From NCBI GenBank assembly GCA_963666315.2, contig CAXXHG010000014.1, positions 32,001 to 96,000 of the forward strand: 64,000 nucleotides of DNA, given 5' to 3'. Both the position numbers and the translations under genes were made by a program. Shown here in pieces: positions 20,655 through 31,050 of this stretch. The notes below the pieces were generated by a model. It made no database searches. It was not told the DNA's origin and saw only the letters and a list, made by a program, of their open reading frames with translations. This stretch comes from Candidatus Binatia bacterium. GTDB lineage: Bacteria; Desulfobacterota; Binatia; Bin18. Numbering within the stretch: position 1 is the stretch's first letter; every line of letters starts with the position of its first letter.

Positions 20655-21869
20655 CTATATGTTCCAAGAAAAGGCCTGAGCAGCTCGCTTGACAAGGTGC
20701 CGTCCGATAGCAAGAGAGGCCGTTGCGCCAGGCGAAGGAGCATTCAGGACATGCATAGCACGGGGCGAATCGGTAATCACAAAGTCGTCGACCAGCGCCC
20801 CGCTGGTCGAGACAGCCTGGGCCCGGACTCCGCTTCCGCCAGGAAGTAAATCATCTGCCGTGAGTTCGGGCACCAAGCGCTGCAGGGCGCGAAGGAAAGC
20901 CCTTTTATTGAAAGAGCGGTAGATTTCTCCAAGACCCGTCTGCCAGTATTTTCGCGCTATCGTCCGAAATCCGGGGAAACGCAGTGTTTCCCACAGCTCT
21001 TGGGGAACCATGTCTACCCACTGGTACCCTTCCCGGGCAAAAGCCAGGACGGCGTTGGGACCGGCTTCCATTGCCCCACTCATTGTCCGCGTAAAGTGCA
21101 CGCCCAGGAAGGGAAAGGCCGGATCGGGAACCGGGTAGATCAGATTGTTGACCAGATAGTGTTTATGCGCTGCGATAGTATAGTACTCGCCTCGGAACGG
21201 AACAATTTGGAGTTCCGGATCAACGCCTGCCATCCGTGCGAGACGGTCACACTGCAGGCCGCCACAATTAATCACAGCATGGGTATGCACTGCTCCGGCT
21301 GAAGTCTCTAGTACAAGATGACCGTCGGCAGACACAATCCGCTGTACGGTATGTGCAAGCTTTATTTCCCCTTCACCTTCTTGAATCAATTCGGCATACA
21401 TTTCCGTCACACGGACAAAGTCGATAATCCCCGTTTTCGGGACATACAGCGCTTGTATGCCGGCCGCGTGGGGCTCGCGTTCTCGCAGCCGCTCGGGCCC
21501 GATCATTTCCAGTCCCTCAACGCCGTTGGCCGTGCCACGCCGATGGAGTTCTTCAAGGCGCGGCAGTTCGTCTTGTGACGTTGCGACCGCTACTTTCCCA
21601 CACTGTTCATAAGGGATACCGTGTCTGTCACAAAATTCGGTCAGCAGTTTCGCCCCCGTGACACAGGTCCGGGCCTTGAGTGACCCGGGCTTATAATAAA
21701 TGCCGGAATGAAGAACGCCGCTGTTATGGCCGGTTTGGTGAGCGGCCAAGCCCGCTTCTTTTTCTAAGACCCCCAGTTTAACCTTTGGATATTGGCGTGT
21801 GACTTCCAGAGCGGTGGCAAGTCCGATGATCCCACCGCCAATAATAATAAGGTCAAACTGGTCTGCCAT
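20655..21869 (-). CDS. lhgO: L-2-hydroxyglutarate oxidase
   Basis: GGGIIG, HQTGHNSGVLHSGIYY, PFRGEY, PFLGVHFT and NAPSPGATASL. Confidence 0.93.
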   Translation of the reverse strand: MADQFDLIIIGGGIIGLATALEVTRQYPKVKLGVLEKEAGLAAHQTGHNSGVLHSGIYYKPGSLKARTCVTGAKLLTEFCDRHGIPYEQCGKVAVATSQDELPRLEELHRRGTANGVEGLEMIGPERLREREPHAAGIQALYVPKTGIIDFVRVTEMYAELIQEGEGEIKLAHTVQRIVSADGHLVLETSAGAVHTHAVINCGGLQCDRLARMAGVDPELQIVPFRGEYYTIAAHKHYLVNNLIYPVPDPAFPFLGVHFTRTMSGAMEAGPNAVLAFAREGYQWVDMVPQELWETLRFPGFRTIARKYWQTGLGEIYRSFNKRAFLRALQRLVPELTADDLLPGGSGVRAQAVSTSGALVDDFVITDSPRAMHVLNAPSPGATASLAIGRHLVKRAAQAFSWNI

Positions 21870-21946
21870 AAAAGTGTTCACCTCATAGAGAAATTGCACT
21901 CCCATCTGCGTATACAAAACAGCTCCTGACTGCAAACAGTACGTTT

Positions 21947-23365
21947 ATGTTTTCCCCCACTCGATCCGGACTCAGCGAAATTCTCCAGCTGGCCTTGCCG
22001 ATTATCATGTCGATGGCCTCGTTCACGGTCATCGGCTTTGTTGACACTTGGATGGTTGCGCGGGTGGGGACGGCTGAAATGGCCGCAGCCATGCCTGCCG
22101 GAGTCATCGCCTATACACTGACGGCCCTCCCGCTGGGCATTACGCAGTGTGTCAGCACCTTCGCCGCACAAGCGTTAGGCCGTGGTAAGTCTGACGAAGG
22201 TTCAGCCTTTGCCTGGCAGGGGCTCTACTTGAGTCTCGTCGTTGGTGTGCTGGCCTTCTCACTGTGGCCGCTGGCGCCGCACTTTTTTTCGCGGTTCGGC
22301 CATGAGCCAGACATTGTAGATCTCGAGGTCATCTACTTCCGCGTTCGCCTGTGGGGCATAGGCTTTTCGGTTGCGATAGGTGCGTTGAGTGGATTCTTTT
22401 ACGGGCTGCATAAGCCCAAGGTCCCGCTAGTCGCCGCGGTTATTGCCAATATTGCCAACGTTATTTCCGCCTACGCTTTGATCTTTGGAAAATTCGGCGC
22501 CCCGGCCTTGGGCCTCAAGGGTGCCGCTCTGGCTATGGTATTGAGCTTCATCATACAGTTTGCCGTGCTCTTGCGTGTGTTTCTGTCCCAGACGTATGCT
22601 GCCCGGTTTGCTACGCGAGCGACCTGGCAACCGCTCTGGACACGCACCCGCCAGCTGCTCCACATCGGCTGGCCGGCCGGCATGCAAATGGCCCTCGACA
22701 TCTTAGGCTGGGGGGTATTAATCATCCTTATGGTTGGTCAGTTCGGTCGGCAACAACTGGCCGCTAGCAATATAACCATCCAGTATATGACCATCTCGTT
22801 CATGCCCGCCCTTGGGCTCGGCCAGGCGCTGACCGCGCTTGTGGGGCGCTATATTGGTGAGGGCAAACGCGAACTCGCCGTGCAGCGCGTCTACGAAGCG
22901 GTCTTTCTGGCTATGGCATATATGGCCCTCATGGGCACGATCTATCTCCTCTTTCGGTTCTCCTTTGTCGGCTTTTTCAGCCAAGACGCCGCGGTTATCC
23001 AGATCGGCAGTACCTTACTACTCTGTGCCGCTCTCCTACAGATCTTTGACGGCATGGGGATAGTGTTTGCCGCAGCCCTGCGCGGCGCTGGCGATACGCA
23101 TTGGGTTGCCGGCCTGACCATTACGCTTTTGGTGTGCGTGTTTACCCCACTGAGCTTGGGTTCCGTGGTGTTTACCAATCTCGAATCCTTGGGGCCATGG
23201 ATTGCCGGAACCATAAACGTGGCACTCTTCGGCCTGGGTTTATGGTGGCGTTTCTCCCAAGGAAAATGGCGAGACATCAATATTTTCGCGACGCAAAAAG
23301 AGCAGCAAGGAAAACAGGAGCAAACCGCAGCTGTGCCGCCACCGATTCGAGCAGCAAACCGATGA
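21947..23365 (+). CDS. MATE family efflux transporter
   Basis: About 12 hydrophobic segments; LALPII, VDTWMV, PALGLKGAALA and LRGAGDT. Confidence 0.92.
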   Translation: MFSPTRSGLSEILQLALPIIMSMASFTVIGFVDTWMVARVGTAEMAAAMPAGVIAYTLTALPLGITQCVSTFAAQALGRGKSDEGSAFAWQGLYLSLVVGVLAFSLWPLAPHFFSRFGHEPDIVDLEVIYFRVRLWGIGFSVAIGALSGFFYGLHKPKVPLVAAVIANIANVISAYALIFGKFGAPALGLKGAALAMVLSFIIQFAVLLRVFLSQTYAARFATRATWQPLWTRTRQLLHIGWPAGMQMALDILGWGVLIILMVGQFGRQQLAASNITIQYMTISFMPALGLGQALTALVGRYIGEGKRELAVQRVYEAVFLAMAYMALMGTIYLLFRFSFVGFFSQDAAVIQIGSTLLLCAALLQIFDGMGIVFAAALRGAGDTHWVAGLTITLLVCVFTPLSLGSVVFTNLESLGPWIAGTINVALFGLGLWWRFSQGKWRDINIFATQKEQQGKQEQTAAVPPPIRAANR

Positions 23366-23375
23366 AAGCTGAACC

Positions 23376-24298
23376 TTGTATGCGCCGTTTCCCCCTCCGC
23401 CCGATTACGCCCCATTTCAACCCGGCCCGTTTCGGCTCTCGATGGGGCTTATGCCGCTTGATCTCAAAGACTGGATAGAGCCGGATAAAAATCTCGCAGT
23501 TGAACTGCACGAGAAAGAGCGTTTACTGAGCCAACATGACGCTGGCGTCTTTGCCGCTCTGCCTCAAGCAGCAGCGGGTTCGGCTGAAGTACTGGAGCTT
23601 CCTATCGACCATCTTCCAACCAGATTCCCGGAGCTGTACACACGAGCAGGAGATCAGTTCAACAATCTGGCAACGGACCAACGCTGGAATATCACACAGC
23701 CTACGCTCCACCTGCTCGATCTGGCCGGACGGCTTGTCCAAGAAGACCTCTGCCTCATGCAGAGGGATGCCGCCACCATGGTCTACCATCTCATTGCGGC
23801 CTCGCTGTGCTTTCCCACTCGGTGGCGCTTGGCCGACAAAATAGGCAAACGGCTCAATACCATTCATGCCCCGATTCCGGGCTACGAGGAACAGATAGCC
23901 TCGACCATCGACAAATTTTTTGACCGGCTGAAAGTCGACAAGCCCGTCTGGCGACTCAATTGGAGCCTCATCGACGACCCCACTCTTTTTCAGCCGACCG
24001 GACCTGATAGGACAAAGGCCAATGTGGATATCACTGCAGAGAATGCCGGGAAAGACCCTGGCTGCGCATGGAACGACAGACGCTCCGGCGGCTGCCGCGA
24101 ACAAAAGACATCCTCTTCACCATCCGCGTCCACGTCAAACCGCTCGCCCAGCTCGCCACACAACCAGAACGCGCCGCGCTGCTTGCCGCGGCGGTGCGAG
24201 CGTTGCCGCAGCCTGTTCGGCTATACAAAAGCCTCCCGCCTTTTATTAATGCCGCACTGGCATGGCTGGATAGAGTAGAAGCTGAGGCGAGGAGATAG
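23376..24298 (+). CDS. DUF3445 / heme-dependent oxidative N-demethylase alpha-like protein (frameshift ~24058)
   Basis: LVQEDLC, CFPTRW, IHAPIP and RLNWS; then ERQTLRRLP..ILFTIR in the next frame. Confidence 0.85.
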
Positions 24299-24458
24299 AC
24301 CATTCCCGCGCCCCTTCGGAGACAGGCCTCGACACGCTGCTCATAAACATAGTTGTGAGTCCAGTATGGAATAGTGTAGGTCAGGTTAGTGTATCCTGAC
24401 ATCCCGCAAAAATTCGCGGGCTAGCCAGGCTAAGGAATGGTGTCTCTTCGTTCTGGCC

Positions 24459-25290
24459 CTACCAATCCTTCAATCTCAACTCCCGAATCTTCCGCTGGAG
24501 CAACTGGCGGCGCAGACCGATTTCCGTTGCCGCATGCGTAATATTGCTCTTGTGCTGACGCAGCGCACGGATAATAAAGCCGCGCTCGAAGGTCTCAACC
24601 ATATGCTGTTTAGCTTCTTTGCAGGTGCCCGAGGCCACCCCGTTAGAAGAAGCCCCCGGACGGCCAAGACGTAAGTCGTCGGCTTGAATTTCATCTCCGG
24701 CCGAGAGCACCAGCGCGGCTTCGACCTCGTTTTTGAGTTCGCGCACATTGCCCGGCCAGCAATGATGTAACACAGAGTGATAAACTTCAGCAGACAGCGG
24801 TTTGGGAGCCCGCCCATTGCGCTTCGCTGCCTGTTCCAAAAAATGCGCGGCGAGCCGCAGAATATCCTCCGGCGGGTCCCGCAAAGGTGGAACCAGCAGC
24901 GAGATCGTATTGAGGCGCTAAAACGAATCCTCACGAAAGGTCCTCGTCTGGACCATTGCGGGCAGATCTTTATTGGTCGCAGCAAGAATGCGGACGTCAA
25001 CACGAATCGTGTGATTCCCACCTGCACGCTCAAACTCTTTTTCTTGCAGGATGCGCAGGATCTTGCCCTGAGTCTCCGGGCTCATATCCCCGATTTCATC
25101 CGGCAGTAGCGTACCACCATCGGCTGCGCTATACTTGACGTCGCCCGTGGTGGTCGCGCCGGTAAACGCGGCCTTTTTACGACCAAACGGCTCGGACTCC
25201 ACCAATTTTCGCGTCAACACCGCACAGTTGATCTTAATAAATGGGGCAGACTGACGTGGGCTATTCTGATGCAACGCATTGGCGGTCAAC
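24459..25290 (-). pseudogene. Decayed sigma-54-dependent activator (AAA+ plus Fis HTH)
   Basis: INCA, AAFTGA (GAFTGA variant), DEIGDM, AATNKDL, in-frame TAG at 24918-24920, WPGNVREL and HTH. No Walker A motif. Confidence 0.85.
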
Positions 25291-25476
25291 GTCGGGTTTT
25301 CCACTGCTTGGTAGAAACCGAACAGAAACCAACTCACGAACAAAAGACCTGAGGCGATAAGGATGATCTCGGTCATACTCTCTTGTGTCTTCCTTCCAAG
25401 GGCGAGGGGCGTCCGAATCGTCGTTTTAGACATCGGATGTGTCCTCCTTCTTGTAACATTCTTGAAGAACATAGAG

Positions 25477-25493
25477 AGCAACCTGAATGCCAA
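25477..25493 (-). promoter_or_regulatory. Sigma-54 (-24/-12) promoter
   Basis: TTGGCATTCAGGTTGCT matches YTGGCACGRNNNTTGCW with GG-N10-GC spacing; AGGAGG and ATG 25433 follow. Confidence 0.7.
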
Positions 25494-25567
25494 CTCTGGC
25501 ACTCCTGGAAAAGCCTGATTTTTCAGGGTTCTGAATCAGAACGGCAGTGGAAATACGCAAGACCAAT

Positions 25568-25597
25568 GTTGCAGCAGCGCAATGAAATTGCTGCAAC
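25568..25597. promoter_or_regulatory. Putative enhancer (UAS) inverted repeat
   Basis: GTTGCAGCA-N12-TGCTGCAAC, 75-105 bp upstream of the sigma-54 promoter. Confidence 0.45.
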
Positions 25598-25643
25598 CTC
25601 GCAACTTGTCTTTCTCCAGGAGTCGAGTCTGGGTTCCCTCTAA

Positions 25644-26537
25644 TCAGCCAACCGCGGCCCGAAGGACGGCGTACGACGGGAAGCCTAATGCCGGGGTAAT
25701 CTCTTCCCGCCAGACGGCATCTAATGCTTCGCTGATATCTTGCGGCAACTCTTTGTTATGGTCCCCAACATTGCCCGTTCTGACTTTCGACGAATCACCT
25801 CCAGGCGGAAGACCACAGCCTGCATCACGCGTCTGACGGAGTAAATGATCGTCGAATTGGTGTTTATGCGCGCGCATGAATCCAACAGAAGACTGATGCA
25901 CTACGATGTCCAGCAGCTCAGCATCGAGCGGACACTCGATGAATGCGGCAATACGTTGGACGGTCCCCTCAAGGTCTTCTTTCATATCTTCGTAACAGAG
26001 GAATAATACGTCCGAATCGTTTCGATGTGGCCACCACGAAGCGACGTGTGGCCAGTAGCCGTGTGACCGCCCCGCGTTGATGTATTGCGCACGCGTAAAA
26101 TCTGCCAAAGAGATCGAGCCGGACTCAAAAAACCAGCCTTCCATGAAGTAGTACGCCGAGACCACGGCGTCCTTTGGATCCCGAATAACGTAAATATAGC
26201 GACCGCCTTTCGGGATGAGATCCCAGCTGAAGTGACTCTTAAAAACACTGGGCATACTGACTTGAGGCATTTCCAGGTCAACCCTCATGTCATGGGCGAG
26301 TTCTAACCACGGCACAACAGCCGTGATCTCATCAAAGGCCATAGAGCCTCGGGTCCGCAGGCCATGCACAATCTGTTGCACCCAGGTCGTGCCACATTTT
26401 GAGTAGGGAGAAATTAGCACATCCGTGGGCTGCGGCTTGAAGGCGAGCGCACGCCGGATACTTTCTTGAGTAACAAAGCGCTTCTGACATTCATGAAGTT
26501 CTTCGATGGTTGTTGGTCGAACAAGATTCTGGGGCAT
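25644..26537 (-). CDS. PAPS-dependent sulfotransferase
   Basis: YSKCGTTW (5'-PSB), KSH, IRDPKDAVVS (3'-PB), YEDM and RTGNVGD. Confidence 0.9.
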   Translation of the reverse strand: MPQNLVRPTTIEELHECQKRFVTQESIRRALAFKPQPTDVLISPYSKCGTTWVQQIVHGLRTRGSMAFDEITAVVPWLELAHDMRVDLEMPQVSMPSVFKSHFSWDLIPKGGRYIYVIRDPKDAVVSAYYFMEGWFFESGSISLADFTRAQYINAGRSHGYWPHVASWWPHRNDSDVLFLCYEDMKEDLEGTVQRIAAFIECPLDAELLDIVVHQSSVGFMRAHKHQFDDHLLRQTRDAGCGLPPGGDSSKVRTGNVGDHNKELPQDISEALDAVWREEITPALGFPSYAVLRAAVG

Positions 26538-26914
26538 AGTTGCATCTCCTAGATCAATTAGATCATTGTCGGAGTAGTTCCACTCTGAGGAATTTTTGTA
26601 TATCAGTCTGAACCATCTTGATTATCGGATTTTGTTGTTGTCTTCTAGAAACCCACATTGTGAGTTTCGCAACCCCCTGAAAGTAGGCAAAACCCTTAAT
26701 TCTATGGGGGTTACGGGACATGCAACCTACTCTCCATTCCCCGCGAATCACCGTGAAAGTCCCGCGAATTTTCACAACAGGTTGGACCCGAGGAGTCGAG
26801 TGAGCGTGCGTCCTGCAATACGCTACCCGGTGGCCGATTGAAGCGTATCTTAACGTATTAAAGAGTGGGCTACGAGGTCGTGTCAATTGGCGTGTCAATA
26901 ATAAAGCGGCGCAG

Positions 26915-27142
26915 TTGAGAAAAGAGAGGAATGCCACTCTCGTTGAAGGGAAACCGGTCACGCCTGATGTCTGTGAGGAGAACACGAGAGATCGATATGG
27001 ACATACACTGGCGTACGTTATTGTCGGCGCAACTGTTGTTAATGAAGTGCTCCTGCGCGAAGGACACGCCTCCCCTCTCCATATTCCACCCTGTGGAAAT
27101 GACACTGCAACATGTTATGAGGCGCTCGCGGTGGGGTTCTAG
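26915..27142 (+). pseudogene. Thermonuclease (SNase) family fragment
   Basis: RDRYGHTLAYV...VNEVLLREGHA matches the SNase DxYGRxLA / VNxxLVxxGLA pattern. Confidence 0.7.
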
Positions 27143-27339
27143 TCTCGCACGGGACCTGGCGTGCCAATGAGGTCTTCCGGAACTGGCTCGCCCCAGACCT
27201 CTAGCCATCCAATCTCAGTTTCGTGTCGAGGCCCGTACCCGTAACAGGTAACGCCTTGTCGATCATAATCCTGTCGCGCCTTCTCTTGCTGCGCGACGTA
27301 GTGTTTACGTGGCATGATCTGTTCCCCCGTGGAACGCAA

Positions 27340-27800
27340 GACGCCGCGTGTAGATTCCGCATTCAGCAAGACCGGAAAGTCTCAAACCGTGCCACCCGGG
27401 CCACGATTGCAAGCCGTGCTGGAAGAGGCATTATCCTGCCGAGGTGAAGCCCCCGTGGTCTTTGTGACGAAGGCAGGCGGAGCCCCGGACAGCCGATGGG
27501 TTTACAATGGCCCTAAGATACCATAGCAAGCGTATAATTGACCCAATTGACCCAATTGACCCAATTGACCCAATTGACCCAATTGACCCAATTGACCCGC
27601 ATATATTACGACACACGTTTGGTTCGCGCTGCGTTATGAGCGGAGTGGACGTTCCCACGACGCAAGAACTCATGGGACATGCTGATTTCAGTATGACATT
27701 GCGGTATAGTCACCTGTCGCCAGACCATAAGGGAGAGGCAATGGACGTGATGAAAAGCCACTTTTCGGCAAAAAGTACCGTGAATTTTCACAACTTCCCT
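27340..27800 (+). pseudogene. Tyrosine integrase C-terminal remnant
   Basis: SKTGKSQTVP, then PHILRHTF, ELMGH and MTLRYSHL; stop/frameshift between the parts; N-terminus absent. Confidence 0.85.
27536..27598. repeat. Tandem repeat (AATTGACCC)x7
   Basis: Seven perfect 9-bp copies counted directly. Confidence 0.97.
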
Positions 27801-27916
27801 CTAGGAGCGGTTGGGGGCCAGACGAGAAGGTCGCGGCTATTCACTGAGTTAGAGAGCTTACTGGGCATTGATAGAGAGCGTTGTTGTTGTCTTCCAGAAA
27901 CAACGGAGGAGAAGAT

Positions 27917-28408
27917 ATGAGCAACCTTACATCCCTGGGGCAGAGTGTTGGCGAGCTGCTCAAGACACACAAGCAGACTATTGCGGTCGCGGAGTCTTCC
28001 GCGGGGGGTTTGATCTCGGCCGCTCTACTCGCAGTTTCCGGTGCATCGGCATATTTTTTGGGCGGCGGCGTGATCTATACACATGAAGCGCGGCGGTCTC
28101 TTCTGGCCATGCCAGATGAGGCACTCGAAGGCGTGCGCGCCAGTACTGAGGAATATGCCCGACGTCTGGCCCATCAAGTGCGCGTCCGTTTTGAGACCAC
28201 ATGGGGGCTGAGTGAAACCGGAGCAACCGGCCCAACCGGCAATCGCTACGGCGATGCAGCCGGACATGCCTGTATTGCCCTTGTGGGCCCGGTGGAAGAG
28301 ACGCTAACCCTAGAGACCGGAAGCGCGGATCGGGAAGCCAATATGTGGACATTCACCCAGACTGCCCTAGAGTTATTGGCGAAGGCCATCGAGAAAAACG
28401 TCACATAA
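27917..28408 (+). CDS. CinA C-terminal domain / PncC (NMN deamidase) family
   Basis: AVAESSAGGLI, SGASAYFLGG and ETGATGPTG. Confidence 0.88.
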   Translation: MSNLTSLGQSVGELLKTHKQTIAVAESSAGGLISAALLAVSGASAYFLGGGVIYTHEARRSLLAMPDEALEGVRASTEEYARRLAHQVRVRFETTWGLSETGATGPTGNRYGDAAGHACIALVGPVEETLTLETGSADREANMWTFTQTALELLAKAIEKNVT

Positions 28409-28419
28409 AAGAGGTCACC

Positions 28420-28893
28420 ATGACGCATTGTGTCACCCAGGCTCTAAAAGTTTTACTTCTACTCATCTGCTGTCTCACGCTGCTGCCAGCATCCTTCGCC
28501 GATGCCCAGGGCGGCGCCGGTGTGGGAGGCGATCGCCCCTCAGCTAAGACGCGTCGCTTCCCGTTTAAAGTCATCCTGACCGGCTTCCTCAACACCGATC
28601 CCGCACCAGAGGCACTCGCGGTTATGCAACTCGGACTGACCGGTTATCGGGGTCAGTACCAGCTGGAAGTCACCAGTGTGAAAGCACCGAATGCACCCGG
28701 ACTGACCCCGCGACAAATTCTCCTGCATCGGCTCGGGAAGCGCTTGTCGGATCTGGATGTCACCGGCCCACGCAACACGCTGGAAAAGATTGCCCAATCC
28801 CAGCCCGGCACGCCACTGGAACTGACCGGCTGGTATGCTCAACGCGACGGGGAGTTTCGGCTCGAAAAGGTCAGAATTGTTGGGTTTGAGTAA
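28420..28893 (+). CDS. Hypothetical secreted protein
   Basis: RBS, signal peptide ending ASFA/ADA, co-oriented with the cinA-like gene. Confidence 0.65.
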   Translation: MTHCVTQALKVLLLLICCLTLLPASFADAQGGAGVGGDRPSAKTRRFPFKVILTGFLNTDPAPEALAVMQLGLTGYRGQYQLEVTSVKAPNAPGLTPRQILLHRLGKRLSDLDVTGPRNTLEKIAQSQPGTPLELTGWYAQRDGEFRLEKVRIVGFE

Positions 28894-28899
28894 GCCCTG

Positions 28900-29679
28900 C
28901 TACAAATCAATCGGCAGTTCGAGATATTCGTGGTAAACCATGTCGCGGTGTGCCAGCAAGATCGGATTTACCGCGGCTTGCACAACTGGGTCAGTATTGG
29001 TGTACATAGTCCGAAAAGCATCTGGCATTGGACACAGATCGTGTGGCAGCGGTTGGATGAGGGCAGCAAACGTTGCCCAATAAATGTCCAGTGCGGACAA
29101 CTGGCTGCCGATAAAGAACTTACTGCCCTTTTCTCGTTGTTGCTCCAGACGGGTACTTAGAGTTTTCAGAATATTCGCCACCCGAGCTGGCGCGGCCACC
29201 ACCTCTTCTCGATTGTAGCCATATTTCTTTCCCATATGGGAGGCGAAGGCACGCGCTGACTCTTTCGCGTCTGCGTCGGTCAACACGGGATGGAGGAGCA
29301 TCAGACGCTTTGACCAACCAAAGCCATGCTGGCCACACAGCTCATTACAATATCCAAACATCAGCATCCGCTCTTCTATATTCTCTGGGATCAGCGCCAG
29401 AGTCGGCTGGAGGCGCTCTGCTAAAAAGAGCTGCTCTATCCAGGTTGAGCGGGGCGGTTCGTCATTCCAGATCGCAACCGGCGCCGTCGCCTGTGCGGTC
29501 CATTCGGTGAGTTCTCGATTCTCTTCACCAATCTCCTGACGTACGCGGACGTAAGAAATACCTTTAACATGCAAAATTCCCTTGGCAGCCTCGCTCCATG
29601 GACCAGGCACGCCGAGCGAGAGCACGAGTCGGAGCCCGGATGGGGTTCTTGCTTGTGCAACATCAATATAGTCAGCCAC
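28900..29679 (-). CDS. Glutathione S-transferase-like protein
   Basis: PGPWSEAAK N-terminus and FFIGSQLSALDIYWA GST C-terminal motif. Confidence 0.7.
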   Translation of the reverse strand: MADYIDVAQARTPSGLRLVLSLGVPGPWSEAAKGILHVKGISYVRVRQEIGEENRELTEWTAQATAPVAIWNDEPPRSTWIEQLFLAERLQPTLALIPENIEERMLMFGYCNELCGQHGFGWSKRLMLLHPVLTDADAKESARAFASHMGKKYGYNREEVVAAPARVANILKTLSTRLEQQREKGSKFFIGSQLSALDIYWATFAALIQPLPHDLCPMPDAFRTMYTNTDPVVQAAVNPILLAHRDMVYHEYLELPIDL

Positions 29680-29712
29680 GACCTGCCTCCTTATTGTCTC
29701 GCTATTCTGGTC

Positions 29713-30178
29713 TCACCATTCTTGCGAGTGACCGGGCGTATACCGATAAAAGACGGTAATGGTCCGATCTTTCAAAAACCACGGTCCTTTTTCTTTGATG
29801 AGTGTGTCATCATACCGACCAACAATAACCTGGATCGTCCCATCTTCCACCGAGTCAACATCAAAATAGGCCGCCGCAACGGCCGTCTTTTTATTAAGCG
29901 AGATAACTGGTTCGAAGAGCCTATGCCGGACATGCTGAACGTCGCAGGGGCGCGATTCAAAAAAGTGTGTGTACCAGGCTTGGATGTCTTCGCGACCGGC
30001 GGATTGCTTCGTAATCGCTGGAGGAGGTCGTCTGTCTGACCCCAGATGGACGAGATGAGACGGATGGGACAGAAGGGGCTGCTCGCCGGACTGTTTGCGA
30101 CTGCCGTGTGACTTTCTTTGGCCCGACTTTCGGCTTTTGTTTGGGACCGGATTTCTTTGCCGCCCGTTGTCTTGCCAT
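29713..30178 (-). pseudogene. SnoaL/NTF2-like protein, internally deleted or frameshifted
   Basis: Basic N-terminus to SDYEAIRR; a third frame gives VRHRLFEPVISLNKKTAVAAAYFDV...GRYDDTLIKEKGPWFLKDRTI. Confidence 0.6.
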
Positions 30179-30980
30179 ACGCCCTCCCGCCGTCTGCATC
30201 ATCGTTCTCGAACAATTTTTCAGCAGGTATCCGATTCTGCAACTCGTCGCCTTCCTTTGTCAAGCATAGAAGAAGGTTGCAGAAAGAGAAGGAAAGGCTG
30301 GTTGAGGCAGGTATCACTTACCCTGAGAGCGTATGCAAAAAGCCCCTTCTAGGCGTCGCCCAGAGACTTCTTAGACTCGCCCTCAGGAGTGTAGTGGGCA
30401 AATTCAGACCTGGTGAATCAGGTCCTCTTTGACCATGAGTAGAGTCTCTTCATGTTTTGAGATGTAGTTTTCCTTGTATTGCATGCGCAGCATTCAGGGT
30501 ACGCTTCCACGCATCTAGGTCCGTATCAATATCATCTACGATGACCGTTCCATCCTCGTCGGGTTGCACCTCGGTACTCCCCGGGTTCTCCGCTCCCAGT
30601 TCATGTAGCGTGTTCGTACGAAGGGGCGGAAGGACTTGAACTTGTTCCTGAGTTGGCTCTTGCTCGCTCACGCGCTGGCCCAGTCCACCGGCAATCGCCT
30701 GGGTCAATTCTCCATCTTCACACGGCTTGGACAGTAATCGATGCCATGCCTCATCATGTATTGCACCCCAAGGACGATCACGCCTCTGGTTTTGAAAATG
30801 TCTTCATGTTGCTGACATTGGTTTGAGCCTTTTCCCATGGGTCAGGTGTGCTTTCTGTCCATCTCGGGCCTTCTGTGACTATTATGGGGACCCTCTATAG
30901 CTCCTGGAACCGTGAAAAAATTTAGTTTTCAGGCTGCTTCCCAATCTATTATTTCTGATCGATAGGAGGCAATGCGGCAC

Positions 30981-31012
30981 AAAAAAAGCCGGGCGCAACC
31001 AGCGCCCGGCTT
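30981..31012 (-). terminator. Rho-independent terminator
   Basis: AAGCCGGGCGC/GCGCCCGGCTT stem with an A7 tract on +, downstream of the minus-strand gene at 31051. Confidence 0.85.
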
Positions 31013-31050
31013 CGGAGAGAACAAAAGGGACAGAGATAGGCAGCCGGTGT

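Larger units (their letters stand above)
26632..27901. mobile_element. Decayed 1.27-kb tyrosine-integrase element
   Basis: Flanked by TTGTTGTTGTCTTC(T/C)AGAAAC at 26632-26652 and 27881-27901; contains nuclease and integrase remnants. Confidence 0.78.

Noticed and set aside
24402-24420. Inverted CCCGCGAATTTT as a further element end
   Set aside because: Only a 12-bp match within a local hairpin; no att repeat found nearby.
24918-24920. TAG readthrough or pyrrolysine in the sigma-54 activator
   Set aside because: The surrounding motifs are also degenerate and Walker A is missing; this is a pseudogene.
27536-27598. CRISPR array
   Set aside because: 9-bp units with no spacers and no cas genes.
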